Source: Octopus vulgaris
Taxonomy: Eukaryota
Assembly (NCBI GenBank): GCA_951406725.2
Contig: OX597840.1
Coordinates: forward strand, 23,126,001 to 23,190,000
Direction: 5' to 3'
DNA: 64,000 nucleotides
Shown here piece after piece: positions 24,211-35,489 of the stretch. A program made the position numbers and the translations under genes. The notes beneath the pieces were generated by a model. That model did no database searches. It was not told the DNA's origin and saw nothing but the letters and a program-made list of their open reading frames with translations. The stretch's first letter is position 1. Every line of letters begins with the position of its first letter.

Positions 24211-24650
24211 CTACTTACATAAAGATGGCACCGACATGTGAAAAGAGCCCTTTCTTTCCTGTACCAGAGCAGCCACCTGAGGAGGCCACTCTGGTCTGTC
24301 AATAAAAGTCGGGTCTATTAGTCCCCGACTGTCAAGGACATTTTCCGCATAATTATCAATGGCCCCTCCCCTTCGATAGAACACAAATTTTTCCACTCAT
24401 TCATCGGGAGGGGCCTTAACTCCCTCGCTCGTTGGCACACATCCCACCGACGAGGTTTCCTTCTTCTCCCCCTCTAGTGGCACACATCCTAAGAAAGGGG
24501 TCTCGGGGCACACCACCGCTGGCGATGCCAGGTTTTTCTTTTTTTTCACGTTCTTCACAGCAACAGGGTGGGGTTCCTCCGGCTTGTCCGTAGATCCCTC
24601 CTGCCACCTCGGTATCCATACTGCCACTCCTATCCCTGGATATTTCATGA
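24211..24650 (-). mobile_element. Fragment of a divergent relative of the ORF1-only retroelement
   Basis: GC-rich island. FYRRGG...PEWPPQVAA aligns with LFHKGG...PEWPSQVAA of ORF 33156-32845. Confidence 0.65.
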
Positions 24651-25976
24651 AATTAATAGCAAACCTATTCGGTTATTTCTGAAAACTTAATCTAAAACCT
24701 CGAAAGTGTAGCCTGTGTTGCATCCGTATCAAAAGATAGTCACCCATCTATTATTCATTGAAAAGAGAAGGAAATTGGAATGTAATAATGACTCAATGTA
24801 CTTCATATAGCTTATATATTTTATGCACAATTTTATAGACTTAATATAAATAAATATTCACTCTTATTTTTCTATTTTCACCATAAACAAATAAAATTAC
24901 ATTTTGAAATTGAAATGGTCAAATTTTTCTTCTAGAAAACAAAAATTGTATAGTAAAATATAGGAGTCACAATTTCATGTGAGTAAAAAATTAAAGGAAC
25001 ATGGCATACACTGAAAACCACATCATTGGTAACTTATAAGCCAAGGTGATGGGTCAGAGCCAATCCACATTTCAATTTGTAGATGATACTACCACCACCA
25101 CCACCATCTCTCTCTCTCCATCTTTCTTTAATCTTACCATCACAACATCACCAATCTGCTAAAATTATATTTTCAATTCTCCTCTATACCATGAGCTTCA
25201 ACTGACTTTTATAAGCATAACCTAATTACTACATTCCCCTCATCACACATCCTACACGCTTAATTCTCAGTCATTTCTCTCCTTCTTTTTCTCTAGTCAC
25301 ATCAAGTGTTACTGACAGGCTAAGTAACATAATGACCAGCAGAATTAGTATAAGATCACCTTTTCTAAATCTTCTTCACATTTCTTCAATCCTCCCTCTC
25401 TCCCACGCTTATTCCACTATTCTGGTCAGCAGGGAAAACAGATGATGATAAGTGTGTAACAACTGAGCAAACAAGCTCTTTATTATATATACATCTGTGT
25501 GAGTGTGTGTATTATTTTTGTGGGAGGGTTGGATATTACTTGCAGAGTAATTACATATTAAATGAGGAGACCAGAGAAAAGTTTGATATTATTTATTCAC
25601 CATTACATGTGTTTCATTTCCTAATAGGAATGACAAACATTTAGATGTAGATTAAAACTGTAAAAGATTTCCTATAAGAAATTCTTCAGACATACATCTG
25701 TGTGTGTGTGTACTCTTGTCCAGATATTATGTGATGTTTGTAAAAGGCCATCATGACCGTCATACTTGTGCAGTTGTACACTTCCAGTCCACTGCGTAAA
25801 ATATGTCTCACCAGGGAAAATATTTCCTTGCTTGGAAACAGGTGAAGATTGGTCACAAGAAAGGTACCCAGATGTAGAAAATCTCCATCAATGAATTCCA
25901 TCTCATCCACAGAAGCATGAATAGGAGAATGTTAAATGACGAGGACCATCATCATCGTGGTTCCTCTTATGTATGA

Positions 25977-26460
25977 ATCATCATCATCATCATCGTTTAA
26001 CGTCCGTTCTCCATGCTAGCATGGGTTGGACGGTTTGACCGGGTATCTGGGAAGCCAGAAGGCTGCACCAGGCTCCGGTCTTATCTGGCAATGTTTCTAC
26101 AGCTAGATGCCCTTCCTAACGCAAACCACTCCGTGAGTGTAGTGGGTACTTTTTACGTGCCACCTGCACTGGTGCCAGACGAGGCTGGCATCGGCCATGG
26201 TCGGATTGGTGCATTTTTAGTGCCACCTGCACGGAAGCCAGTCGAGGCGGCACTGGCTTCGACCACAATTCGGATGGTGCTTTTTACGTGCCACCGACAT
26301 GGAAGCCAGTCGGGGCGGCGCTGGCACCGGCCACAATTCGGCTAGTGCTTTTTATGTATCTCCAGTCCAGGGGTCCTGGCATCTGCCGGGTGCCAGTCAA
26401 AGGATTGGTTCAATTTCGATTGCGATTTCACTTGCCCCAACAGGTCTTAGCAAGCAAAGG
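25977..26460 (-). mobile_element. Repeat family 3 inserted in the 3' region of G4
   Basis: (CAT)n followed by the reverse complement of the 6400 element. Paralogous units show the empty site tgtatgaatgcatttacatttc. Confidence 0.85.
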
Positions 26461-26785
26461 GGAATTTACATTTCAATAATTGATTCATTTTCGTAGATTG
26501 ATTTAGCACGAATAGCTTAGGTTACAGTTATATCTTTCATTTTTATAGGACTGTGTACAAACAATTCACCATTTTGAAAGAATGATTCAGGTTTAACATC
26601 ACAGTAATATGTTTTCCTTCCTCTGTCAATGCTCTTTTCATTCAATAATGGATGATTTCATGTCAAAGATTTACCATAGATGTCACATTCATATAGTTTC
26701 TGTACTCTGTGGATGTCTTTATAATATAGTTTCAATCATGTGTAGAGATTTTTCTGAGGTACAAGCTTGTCCTTCTGAAGGAATG

Positions 26786-27994
26786 TTATACAACAATGGG
26801 GTCCTTTGCATAACAAATACACTTGTGTCTAATTAAGTGATGTTTTTGTGTGAATGATTTACTGCAGATATCACAATGATATGGTTTTAGCCCAGTATGA
26901 GTAAGTATGTGTGTACTTAAGATACCCTTTTTAGAAAACGACTTGCCACAGATATCGCAGTGATATGGTTGCTCACCTGTATGAACACGTTTGTGTGTCG
27001 TTAAGTTAGCTGTCTGACTGAATGATTTGCCACAGATATCACAGCGATATGGTTGCTCACCTGTATGAATACGCTTGTGTCTGGTTAAGTAAACTGCCTG
27101 ACTGAATGATTTGGCACAGATATCACAGTGGTATTCTTTGTCTCCTGTATGGATTTGTTTGTGAATATCTAAGCTATGAGAGAATGATTCACCAGAGATA
27201 TCAGAGTGAAATCGTTTCTCACCTGTATGAATACGCTTGTGTTTAGTTAAGCCACTCTTTTCAGTGAAAGATTTACCACATAAATCACATCGATATGGTT
27301 TCTCCCCTGTATGGATACGTTTGTGCTTAATTAAGCTACTGTCATCAGAAAATGATTTACTACAGATATCACAGGGATAAGGCTTCTCTCCTGTGTGAAT
27401 ACGTATGTGTCGAATTAAGTGACTGTCGTGAGAGAAAGATTTACTACAGATACTACAGTGATATGGCTTCTCCCCTGTATGAATATGTTTGTGTTTGGTT
27501 AAGCCACTGTTTTCAGTGAAAGATTTACCACAGATATCACAAGGAAATGGTTTCTCTCCTGTATGAATACGCTTATGTTTAGTTAAGCTGCTGTCATCAG
27601 AAAATGATTTACCACAGATATTACAGGGATAAGGTCTTTCTCCTGTATGAGTACGTATGTGTCGAGTTAAGTGACTGTCATTGGAGAATGATTTACAACA
27701 GATATCACAAAAATATGGCTTCTCCCCTGTATGAATACGCCTGTGTTTAGTCAAGCCACTGTTTTCAGGGAAAGATTTACCACATATATCACAAGGAAAT
27801 GGTTTCTCCCCTGTATGAATACGTTTGTGCCGAGTTAAGTGACTGCCATTTAAGAATGATTTACCACAGATATCACAAGTATATGGTTGTTCCCCTGCAT
27901 GAATTTGTTTGTGTTGATTGAATTTACTTTCTTCTAAGAATGATTCTTTGAAGATGTCACAGTTATATGATGATATTCCTAATTCTTCCGACAT
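26786..27994 (-). CDS. G4: C2H2 zinc-finger protein, 14 finger positions (at least 2 degenerate)
   Basis: 402-aa ORF ending HKCICYAKDPIVV. Acceptor at 28071-28070. Confidence 0.93.
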   Translation of the reverse strand: MSEELGISSYNCDIFKESFLEESKFNQHKQIHAGEQPYTCDICGKSFLNGSHLTRHKRIHTGEKPFPCDICGKSFPENSGLTKHRRIHTGEKPYFCDICCKSFSNDSHLTRHIRTHTGERPYPCNICGKSFSDDSSLTKHKRIHTGEKPFPCDICGKSFTENSGLTKHKHIHTGEKPYHCSICSKSFSHDSHLIRHIRIHTGEKPYPCDICSKSFSDDSSLIKHKRIHTGEKPYRCDLCGKSFTEKSGLTKHKRIHTGEKRFHSDISGESFSHSLDIHKQIHTGDKEYHCDICAKSFSQAVYLTRHKRIHTGEQPYRCDICGKSFSQTANLTTHKRVHTGEQPYHCDICGKSFSKKGILSTHILTHTGLKPYHCDICSKSFTQKHHLIRHKCICYAKDPIVV

Positions 27995-28499
27995 CTCTTC
28001 AAGTAAAATTAAATCAATTCTTCAAGGTGTACAGATCAACAACTTTTCAATAATATTTCATGTGATTTTCTGAAAGAATAGAAAAAATAATATAAGACAT
28101 CAAGTATGTTTAAAAGGCAGATATTCAAAAGTGCAAATTTACGACATTACTGTTTTCATAAATTGTAGAAGTAATTTTTATGTGAAGTATTAAATTTATC
28201 CCATCTCTCTATTTTCAAGAGGTTTATATCACAGACATATCTATCGTAATAACACCTCCTGGACATTAATTCTGTCAAAAGTGCAAATTTACGACAATTC
28301 TGTTTTCATAAATTGTAGAAGTAATCCTTCATCTGAACTTTTAAACTTATCCCATCTCTCTATTTTCAAGAAGTTTATATCAGGGAGTAGACACATCTCT
28401 TATAATATCTCCTGGACATTAATTCTGTCCTAGACACACACACATACCAATATACATGTCAATGACACTAGATATCGGATGTTTTCATCTGAAGGAGGT

Positions 28500-28708
28500 T
28501 TTCTCCAGTGTCTGAGTATGCTTGGGTCTAGTTAGGCAACTATTAACAGGGAATGATTCACCACTGATGTCACAGTGATATGGCTTCTCCCCTCCATGAA
28601 TTCTTGTGTGAGTAGTGAAGTTACGTCTTTGATAGAATGACTTACTACAGATATTACACTGATCTGGTTTCTCCTCTAAATTAATACGTTTGTGTTGCGT
28701 TAAGCTGG
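28500..28708 (-). pseudogene. Orphan degenerate zinc fingers upstream of G4
   Basis: About 2.5 decayed fingers resembling G5 34710-34918. Also at 22870-22950 and 51317-51497. Confidence 0.75.
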
Positions 28709-29945
28709 TGCCACTGTAGCAGATTCCAAACTACCTTTCATTTGCACTCTTTCAGTTGGTGAAGCTAAATCGCCCTTATATCAAACACTTTCTCCTCTGA
28801 AAAGGTAAAATTGTTTTTCTTAACCGAAAGGGTTTCTCCCCTGTTTTTCGAGTGCCAGAATCAGTCTGGAGAAAAGAAGGGCCAAAATGGGTCAAGAGTG
28901 TGTTTGTGGAGGGGAGTTTGTTGAAAAGAGTGAACAAACTCAAAGGTAACCCATGCTGTATGCAGTTACTTTGCATGCTAGAAATAGCAGGGATTTATGT
29001 TCTTTTTTAAAACGACATAATGACTCAATTAAGATGTTTCCTCTTAATTAGGTTTTGTATTTCCTAATTATAAAAATGTGAAACCACACTTAAAACCATT
29101 CTCAGTGACATTTGATTATTATTATTATTATGTCTATATATTTTAATGGACATAAAAATGTTTAAAAATACTTCAAATATGGAAAATTAAATTATTGGTG
29201 ACTGATTTGAGTAAAATAAATTTCACAAGGCGATAGTTTTTAAACAATAGTGATCATTTTATATGTCGAGTCGATATATCTTTTATATCTTCACTACTAA
29301 TTTTCGAGTAACAGACTATATAAACGGGTTTTTATATTAATTTTTGGTCAAATTAGGTACTTTCTAGTGTTTCATTTCGTCTGTATACGATATTGCCTTT
29401 TCGTTTCAGTAATTCAAGTGCACATTCGTACTTTTATACATTCCCCATCTTTTCTTACAAATTACATCGTAATTATTAAAATAACAGCCTTACTTTCGTA
29501 TAATTTCTTCTTTGTTTGGTGAGATTCTTTCTTTTAACTTATTCAACACATGGAAACAAACAGATGTACATAATATGATACTAAATACAATAGAAATGTT
29601 TGTATAATACTTACATAGTAATTGATATAAAGAGAGAGTCAACGAGTCAGAGCGAACTCTGACAGCTTCAAGAGAATTTCTTCCTTTTTCCAACGAACGT
29701 TACTTCATATTTTTCGGCTCCACATAATCATAAATGCCGTATCTGTTTCTTTAAACTCTTAATTACCAATCATTTGAATATATTTGATTGGATTTTCTCT
29801 TAAATATCAGTTGTCAAGTGGGACTGATCAAACAATCAAGGTGCGTGAGAAATAGGAGCAAGAAATAAAGAAAATTAGGAAGAGTTAACAAGGGGAACTA
29901 ACTCCATTCTTTAAATATTAACGGCTGTACTGATATGTATTTGAG

Positions 29946-31137
29946 TAGCAGTATAACCCGGCGTTGCTCGGTATTAAATTCGGATCATTAAGTGATGAAG
30001 CGCTTTACTTTAAACCAAAATAAGTGATAATAACATCACATTCGAGCGAAATCTGCTGAAATTGGCAAAAGTTTGGCTGCAAGTGGGATCGCAGGCAATT
30101 TGAATGGGAAATACCATAAGGAATGTTTATCGATTATTTCCACTCATCGTTATTTGGGGTTTTTTTTTTTGAGAACTTAAAGCATTCAAAGATCCCATAA
30201 GTCCTAAGTAATGTTGGCATCGAGTTTGAGCAAAATATGTCGAAATCCTTAAAAGTTATGGTTGAAAATGGGGTGTAGCCAATGTTAGCAGAAATCCTAT
30301 AAGGAATTAGTTTATCAATTCTTTATCCTCATTGAATGGAAATCCCAAATCGATGCCTGCTACCGATGGCGTTTGTCCTTGGGATTTGTTGATGGAGATG
30401 GTGAAGCATGGTCTGACCAGAAACTGCAATCTGTAGAACTTCACCGGCATGTCTGACCGTGGGGGATAAAGCTGCATCCTTGAAATGAAAACATCTTCAC
30501 CCCTCCTGCACCCTGTAACAATGGTGGCCTAAATCAAGTGGGGCGTCAGGGACTTGATTACTAAGCGGGTCCTGTTGCACTGTTTAGGCGGAAGTAAGTT
30601 TCTGATTAGCATAATTGGGCATCCAACCCTTAGCCTGAGGACGTGAGGTGGAAGCCCTGCTGGCTCCAATGAGTTGAGAAACTCGATAGGGTAAATGACA
30701 ATGCCTTCGGGGTCAGACGTCCGGTCAATTGATTTGTAGATGTACTCCTCACCCCGAATTCGTCATATGAGCTGGTCATTGATAGCACTGACACCTACGT
30801 TTTTAGGGGCCAGGATGGTTCTTTCACCGAGCCAATTGATGTCTGCATAATTACTTTCCAGATTGGGGAACACTGTTACCAAAAGACCGAAAGGGTTGTT
30901 CACGGAGTTGCACAGTTCATAGACTGATATGTTGCCCCTATCATTCCTAGGGACCTTGCCTTCTCCAAGGGCTAAAATTTCTTCACCAAATGCCGCAGAC
31001 ATTCTATCACCAAGCAAGTGCGCATACATGTTTGTGATTAGGCTTAAGGTCTTAACCTGGGGCCACAACATGGATGACTTAAGGCATGCGTGCACTTCAT
31101 CAGCCCTGCTCCCTTTAGGAATGACAGGAAGGATTTG
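29946..31137 (-). mobile_element. 3' part of a second Helitron (PIF1 helicase C-terminus and terminus)
   Basis: QILPVIPKGSRADEVHACLKSS...ILAPKN...MLIRNLLPPKQCN is a clear paralogue of 13815-15055. Minus-strand end ccgagcaacgccgggttatactgCTAC (CTAG mutated). Confidence 0.85.
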
Positions 31138-31420
31138 CACACTTCTTTCTGAGTCTTTTCTTCCTCTTCCCATCTCATTCCTAACCTTATCCTCTTTTCT
31201 TTCTCCCAGTTTTTCTCTAATGGCTGAAAGTGTTATTGACAGGCTAAGTAACGTAATGACATGCAGAATTATTATAAGATCACCTTTCTCTACTTCTTCT
31301 TCACTCCTCCATCCCTCTCATGCCTACTCCACTACATAACAAAAGTATACCAGTTGGAGAGAGAGAAGCTGGTTATATATTTATATATATCTATATCTAT
31401 CTATTTATATATATATATAC

Positions 31421-31570
31421 ATAGGGAGAGTTTATGAAAAAAACAAAAGACGAAGACAGGTGGTGTACAAAACAAACAGATGTATTAGTATAACGCTCAG
31501 GAATAGAAAAAGTCTTTTACATTTCGAGCCTACACTCTTCCACAGAGAGGAACACAGAAAAAAATGAGGA
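31421..31570 (-). mobile_element. Penelope-like terminal repeat fragment with hammerhead-like motif
   Basis: Sits between (TA)n tracts. Minus strand reads CTGTGGAA-GAG-TGTAGG-CTC-GAAA (31545-31522). Confidence 0.45.
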
Positions 31571-31994
31571 TATATACACATATTATATTTGCATTAGGTT
31601 TGGTTATTTTTTGCAGAGTAATTAAATATCACATAAGGAGACTGGATAAAAGCTTGATATTATTTATTCAGCATTACATGTGTTTCATTTCCTAATAGGA
31701 ATCACAAACTTTTAGATGAAGAGTAAACATGTAAAATATTTCCAATAAGAAATTCTCCAGACATACATATGTGTGTGTGTACCCTTGTCCAGATGTAATG
31801 TTTGTAAATGACTGTCATACAAATGCAGTTGGTCATTTCCAGTCTTCTGTGTCAAATATGTCTCACCATGGAAAACGTATACTTGCCTGGAAACATGGGG
31901 ATTGGCAACAGGAAAGGTACCCGGGTGAAAAAATTCTCCATCAATGAAGTCCATGTGATAGACAGAAGCATGAATAACATAATTTTAAATGATG

Positions 31995-32284
31995 ATGATT
32001 CACCACAGATACGACAGTGATATGGTTTCTCCAGTGTATGAATACGTTTTTGTTTAGTTAGGCAACTACTAAGAGAATGATTTACCATACATGGCACAGT
32101 GGTATTCCTTGTCTCCTGTATGGATATATTTCTGAATATCTAAGCAGTAAGTACAAGAGAATGATGTACCACAGATATGGTTTCCTCACGGTATGAATAT
32201 GTTTGTGTTGAGTTAAGCCACTGTTTTCGGAGAATCATTTGTCACAGATATCACAATGATTTGGTTTCTCCTCTGTATGAACCC
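31995..32284 (-). pseudogene. Fossil zinc fingers, the 3' continuation of G5
   Basis: Decayed HTLEKPYHCRICGES repeats. The finger is split by the SINE and rejoins 34648-34697. Confidence 0.8.
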
Positions 32285-34647
32285 TTACTCTTTTACTTGT
32301 TTCAGTCATTTGACTGTGGCCATGCTGGAGCACCAGCTTTAATTGAGCAACTCGACCCCGGGACTTATTCTTTGTAAGCCCAATACTTATTCTATCGGTC
32401 ACTTTTGACGAACTGCTAAGTGACGGGATATAAACACACCAGCATCAGTTGTCAAGCAATGCTAGGGGGGGACAAACACAGACACACAAACATACATATA
32501 TACGACAGGCTTCTTCCAGTTTCCATCTACCAAATCCACTCACAAGGTTTTGGTCGGCCCGAGGTGCCACGCAGTGGGACTGAACCCGGAACCATGTGGT
32601 TGGTTAGCAAGCTACTTTTATTCATTAAATTTGCCATGAAGGCAGTACATAGATGTAACTCTGCGGGCTGGACGTAGACATTGATGGTATGAATGATGGT
32701 GATGGGAGAAGACGAAAGCGCCTGCCGACTTCCGCTTCTCTAAGACAACGTTCTTTTTTCAAAAAAATCAAAAAGTCACATAGAGGCAATGAACCTCTTT
32801 CTCAATATGATACAAATTTTCTTTTTTAAAAACATTCAAAAAGTTCAAGTCACCCGGCCGACCAGCGCTTTTGCTTTATCGAGGCAATCATTCTTTGTCG
32901 GGCGGCAGTATTCAGGTATAAACTGAAAGGAGCCCTCCGGGAAGGAATTCATGATCCTGCACAGATCGCTATGCCATAGGACCTCTGCAGCCACCTGCGA
33001 AGGCCACTCAGGGTCCTCCATGCAGGACCGAAGTCCCTCCCATTGGCCTCTCCCTTCCAATTTACCTATCTCGTTTTCAAGCGTTCCTCCTTTGTGGAAG
33101 AGGACCACATATTGATTCTCCGGCAGCACATCCACCTGAGGAGGCTTGGGAGACACCGTCTACGTGTCCTGCCGCCGGCATCCAGTTTGTCTTTCTTTTT
33201 TTTTTCCTTTTTTTCCCTGGGCTGCGGGAGGGTGAGGTTCCTGTGTTGCACACAACGGGTCCTCTTTTTCTCCTGCAGCTCCCGGGTCTTTCGGTGGGTC
33301 ACCATTGTTGCCCATCTTTCTTTTCTTTTTTGAGGATGTAGCAATTTCCTCGTTCTGTTTCTCTCCCTCCATTGGGGGAGCAGGGAGAGATTCCACCATT
33401 AACTGCTCCAGATTCCTACTTTGGTCCCTGGGGCAGTTCTTCTTAATGTGGCCGGTCTCCAGGCACAGGTGACACTTGGGGGGGGGTGTCCCTCAAGCAT
33501 CACCGGATACTTGGACCCGGCCATCCTCAAGAAATCTGGTAAAACCAGACTTTTGGCTGATTGGGTCCATAGGGTCAAAACAGCTTTCGACCCCTCCCAA
33601 TCAGGCGCAGGCAACACTTTTACATCCGGCAGCTCGGCGCTGCTACCACCCAGACCCTGGCGGAGAGAGTCCTCTATCCACTCGGGCTCAACCCCGGGTG
33701 ATAAGCCGCAGATCCAAGCCCTCAATAGTTTTTCTCCCATATAGTTTGGGAGAAACAATATTTCTTTGCCCTAAAGGGGCTGGCTTGCAAAGTCGCAAGC
33801 TTCTTGTGGGGAGTCAAATAGCAACCACTCCCCGTGAGATAAATTTAACGGCTGGCATGTAGTCTGCCAGCTTGTTTAAAATTGTGGCCTTCGGGAAGAC
33901 AGCTATGGTGTCGAGCGACTTCGAGTAAGTCCTCAACACCACGGTCTTCCTTTCCAGCTCTTTTAAATGTTTTTTGGGAGGTGTTAGGTCCCACACAATA
34001 AATTCCTTTGCCATTTCGAAATGGAATCCAATTAAAGTTCAAAAGTGTAAGAAAATAAATAAGATAGAAAGAGGGAGAAGAGAAAACAACAGAAAAGAAG
34101 AATTACACTAAAAATAACAGTTCAAAAGAGTTCTTTTTAAAAATAAACGATAGCTGGAAGAAGAGAGTTCAAATTCAGCAAAGGAATTAATTTTTTTGGC
34201 CAAAAAGGTACTCCTGGCCAAACGTCCAAAACAGTCCTTGGTTATCCTTGGTGCTTCTTCGTAAATCCAACAAAACAGTCCTTGGTTATCCTTGGTGCTT
34301 CTTGGTAAATCCAACACGAAATCAATTAATTTTTGAGGAAGGGTTAAGCCTCCTCAAAAACCACAATTCTCACTGCAAAGTGAGTCTTTACGCTTGACCA
34401 CAGGCAGGAAAATGTCTGGAGCAAAGTGGAGTCTATTACTCTCCAAAAAAAATAATAAATACAGAGCAATAAACTTCACTAAGCCCCTAAAAAAATACAA
34501 CAAACGCCTACCTGTAGTCGAGTCTCAAAATTCAATAATTCACGCCGAAAGACGTGACATCAAACAGCAAGAACTCTCCGCCAAAAAATACACGTCCGAA
34601 CACGTCGAAGGTTAGCAAGCTACTTACCACACAGCCACTCCTGCGCC
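32285..34647 (-). mobile_element. SINE family 1 split by a nested insertion (32285-32617 and 34610-34647)
   Basis: Body ends ...tggttagcaagctactt and the head resumes ggttagcaagctacttaccacacagccactcctgcgcc. Confidence 0.9.
32618..34609 (-). mobile_element. Non-autonomous ORF1/gag-only non-LTR retroelement, 1992 bp, 16-bp TSD
   Basis: TSD GGTTAGCAAGCTACTT at 32602-32617 and 34610-34625. Minus 3' end ...tttaatgAATAA(aa). A single frameshifted ORF at 34014-32845 carries the CCHC knuckle CHLCLETGHIKKNC. No EN or RT. Confidence 0.85.
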
Positions 34648-34697
34648 TTGTGTAAGTAGTTACGTTACTTCTTTGATAGATTAATTTGCCATTGATA

Positions 34698-35489
34698 TCA
34701 CGGGGAGGTTTTCTCCACTGTATGAATACGCTTGTGTCTAGTTAGGCAACTACTAACAGAGAATGATTTATCACAGATGTCACAGTGATATGGCTTCTCC
34801 CCTGTATGAACCCTTGAGTGAGTAGTAAAGTTACCTCTGTGATAGAATGATTCACCACAGACACCACATTGATAGGGTTTCTCCCCTGTATGAATACGTT
34901 TGTGTTGAGTTAAGCTACCGTTTTCAGAGAAAGATTTACCACATAAATCACAGTGATATGGTTTCTCTCCCGTATGGATACGTTTATGACGAGTTAAGCT
35001 ACTGCCAACAGAGAACGATTCACCACAGATATCGCAGGGATAAGGTTTCTCTCCTGTATGGATACGTATATGTCGAGTTAAGTGACTGTCATTAGAGAAT
35101 GATTTACCACAGATAGTACAGTGATATGGTTTCTCCCCCGTATGAATACGTTTGTGTCGAATGAAGTTACTGCCATCGGCGAATGATTTACCACAGATAT
35201 CACACTGATAGGGTTTCTTCCCTGTATGAATATGTTTGTGTTGAGTTAAGTGACTGTCAACAGAGAATGATTTACCACAAATATCACACTGATAGGGTTT
35301 CTTCCCTGTATGAAGCTGTTTGTGAGTAGCTAAGCTACCTCTCCGACTGAATGATTTACCACAGATATCACAGTGGTATGGTTGTTCCCTTATATGAATT
35401 TGTTTGTGTTGATTGAATTTACTTTCTTCTAAGAATGACTCTTTGCAGATGTCACAGTCATATGATGATTTTCCTAATTCTTCCGACAT
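34698..35489 (-). CDS. G5: C2H2 zinc-finger protein, 9 fingers
   Basis: 263-aa ORF. Acceptor at 35567-35566. Confidence 0.92.
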   Translation of the reverse strand: MSEELGKSSYDCDICKESFLEESKFNQHKQIHIREQPYHCDICGKSFSRRGSLATHKQLHTGKKPYQCDICGKSFSVDSHLTQHKHIHTGKKPYQCDICGKSFADGSNFIRHKRIHTGEKPYHCTICGKSFSNDSHLTRHIRIHTGEKPYPCDICGESFSVGSSLTRHKRIHTGEKPYHCDLCGKSFSENGSLTQHKRIHTGEKPYQCGVCGESFYHRGNFTTHSRVHTGEKPYHCDICDKSFSVSSCLTRHKRIHTVEKTSP

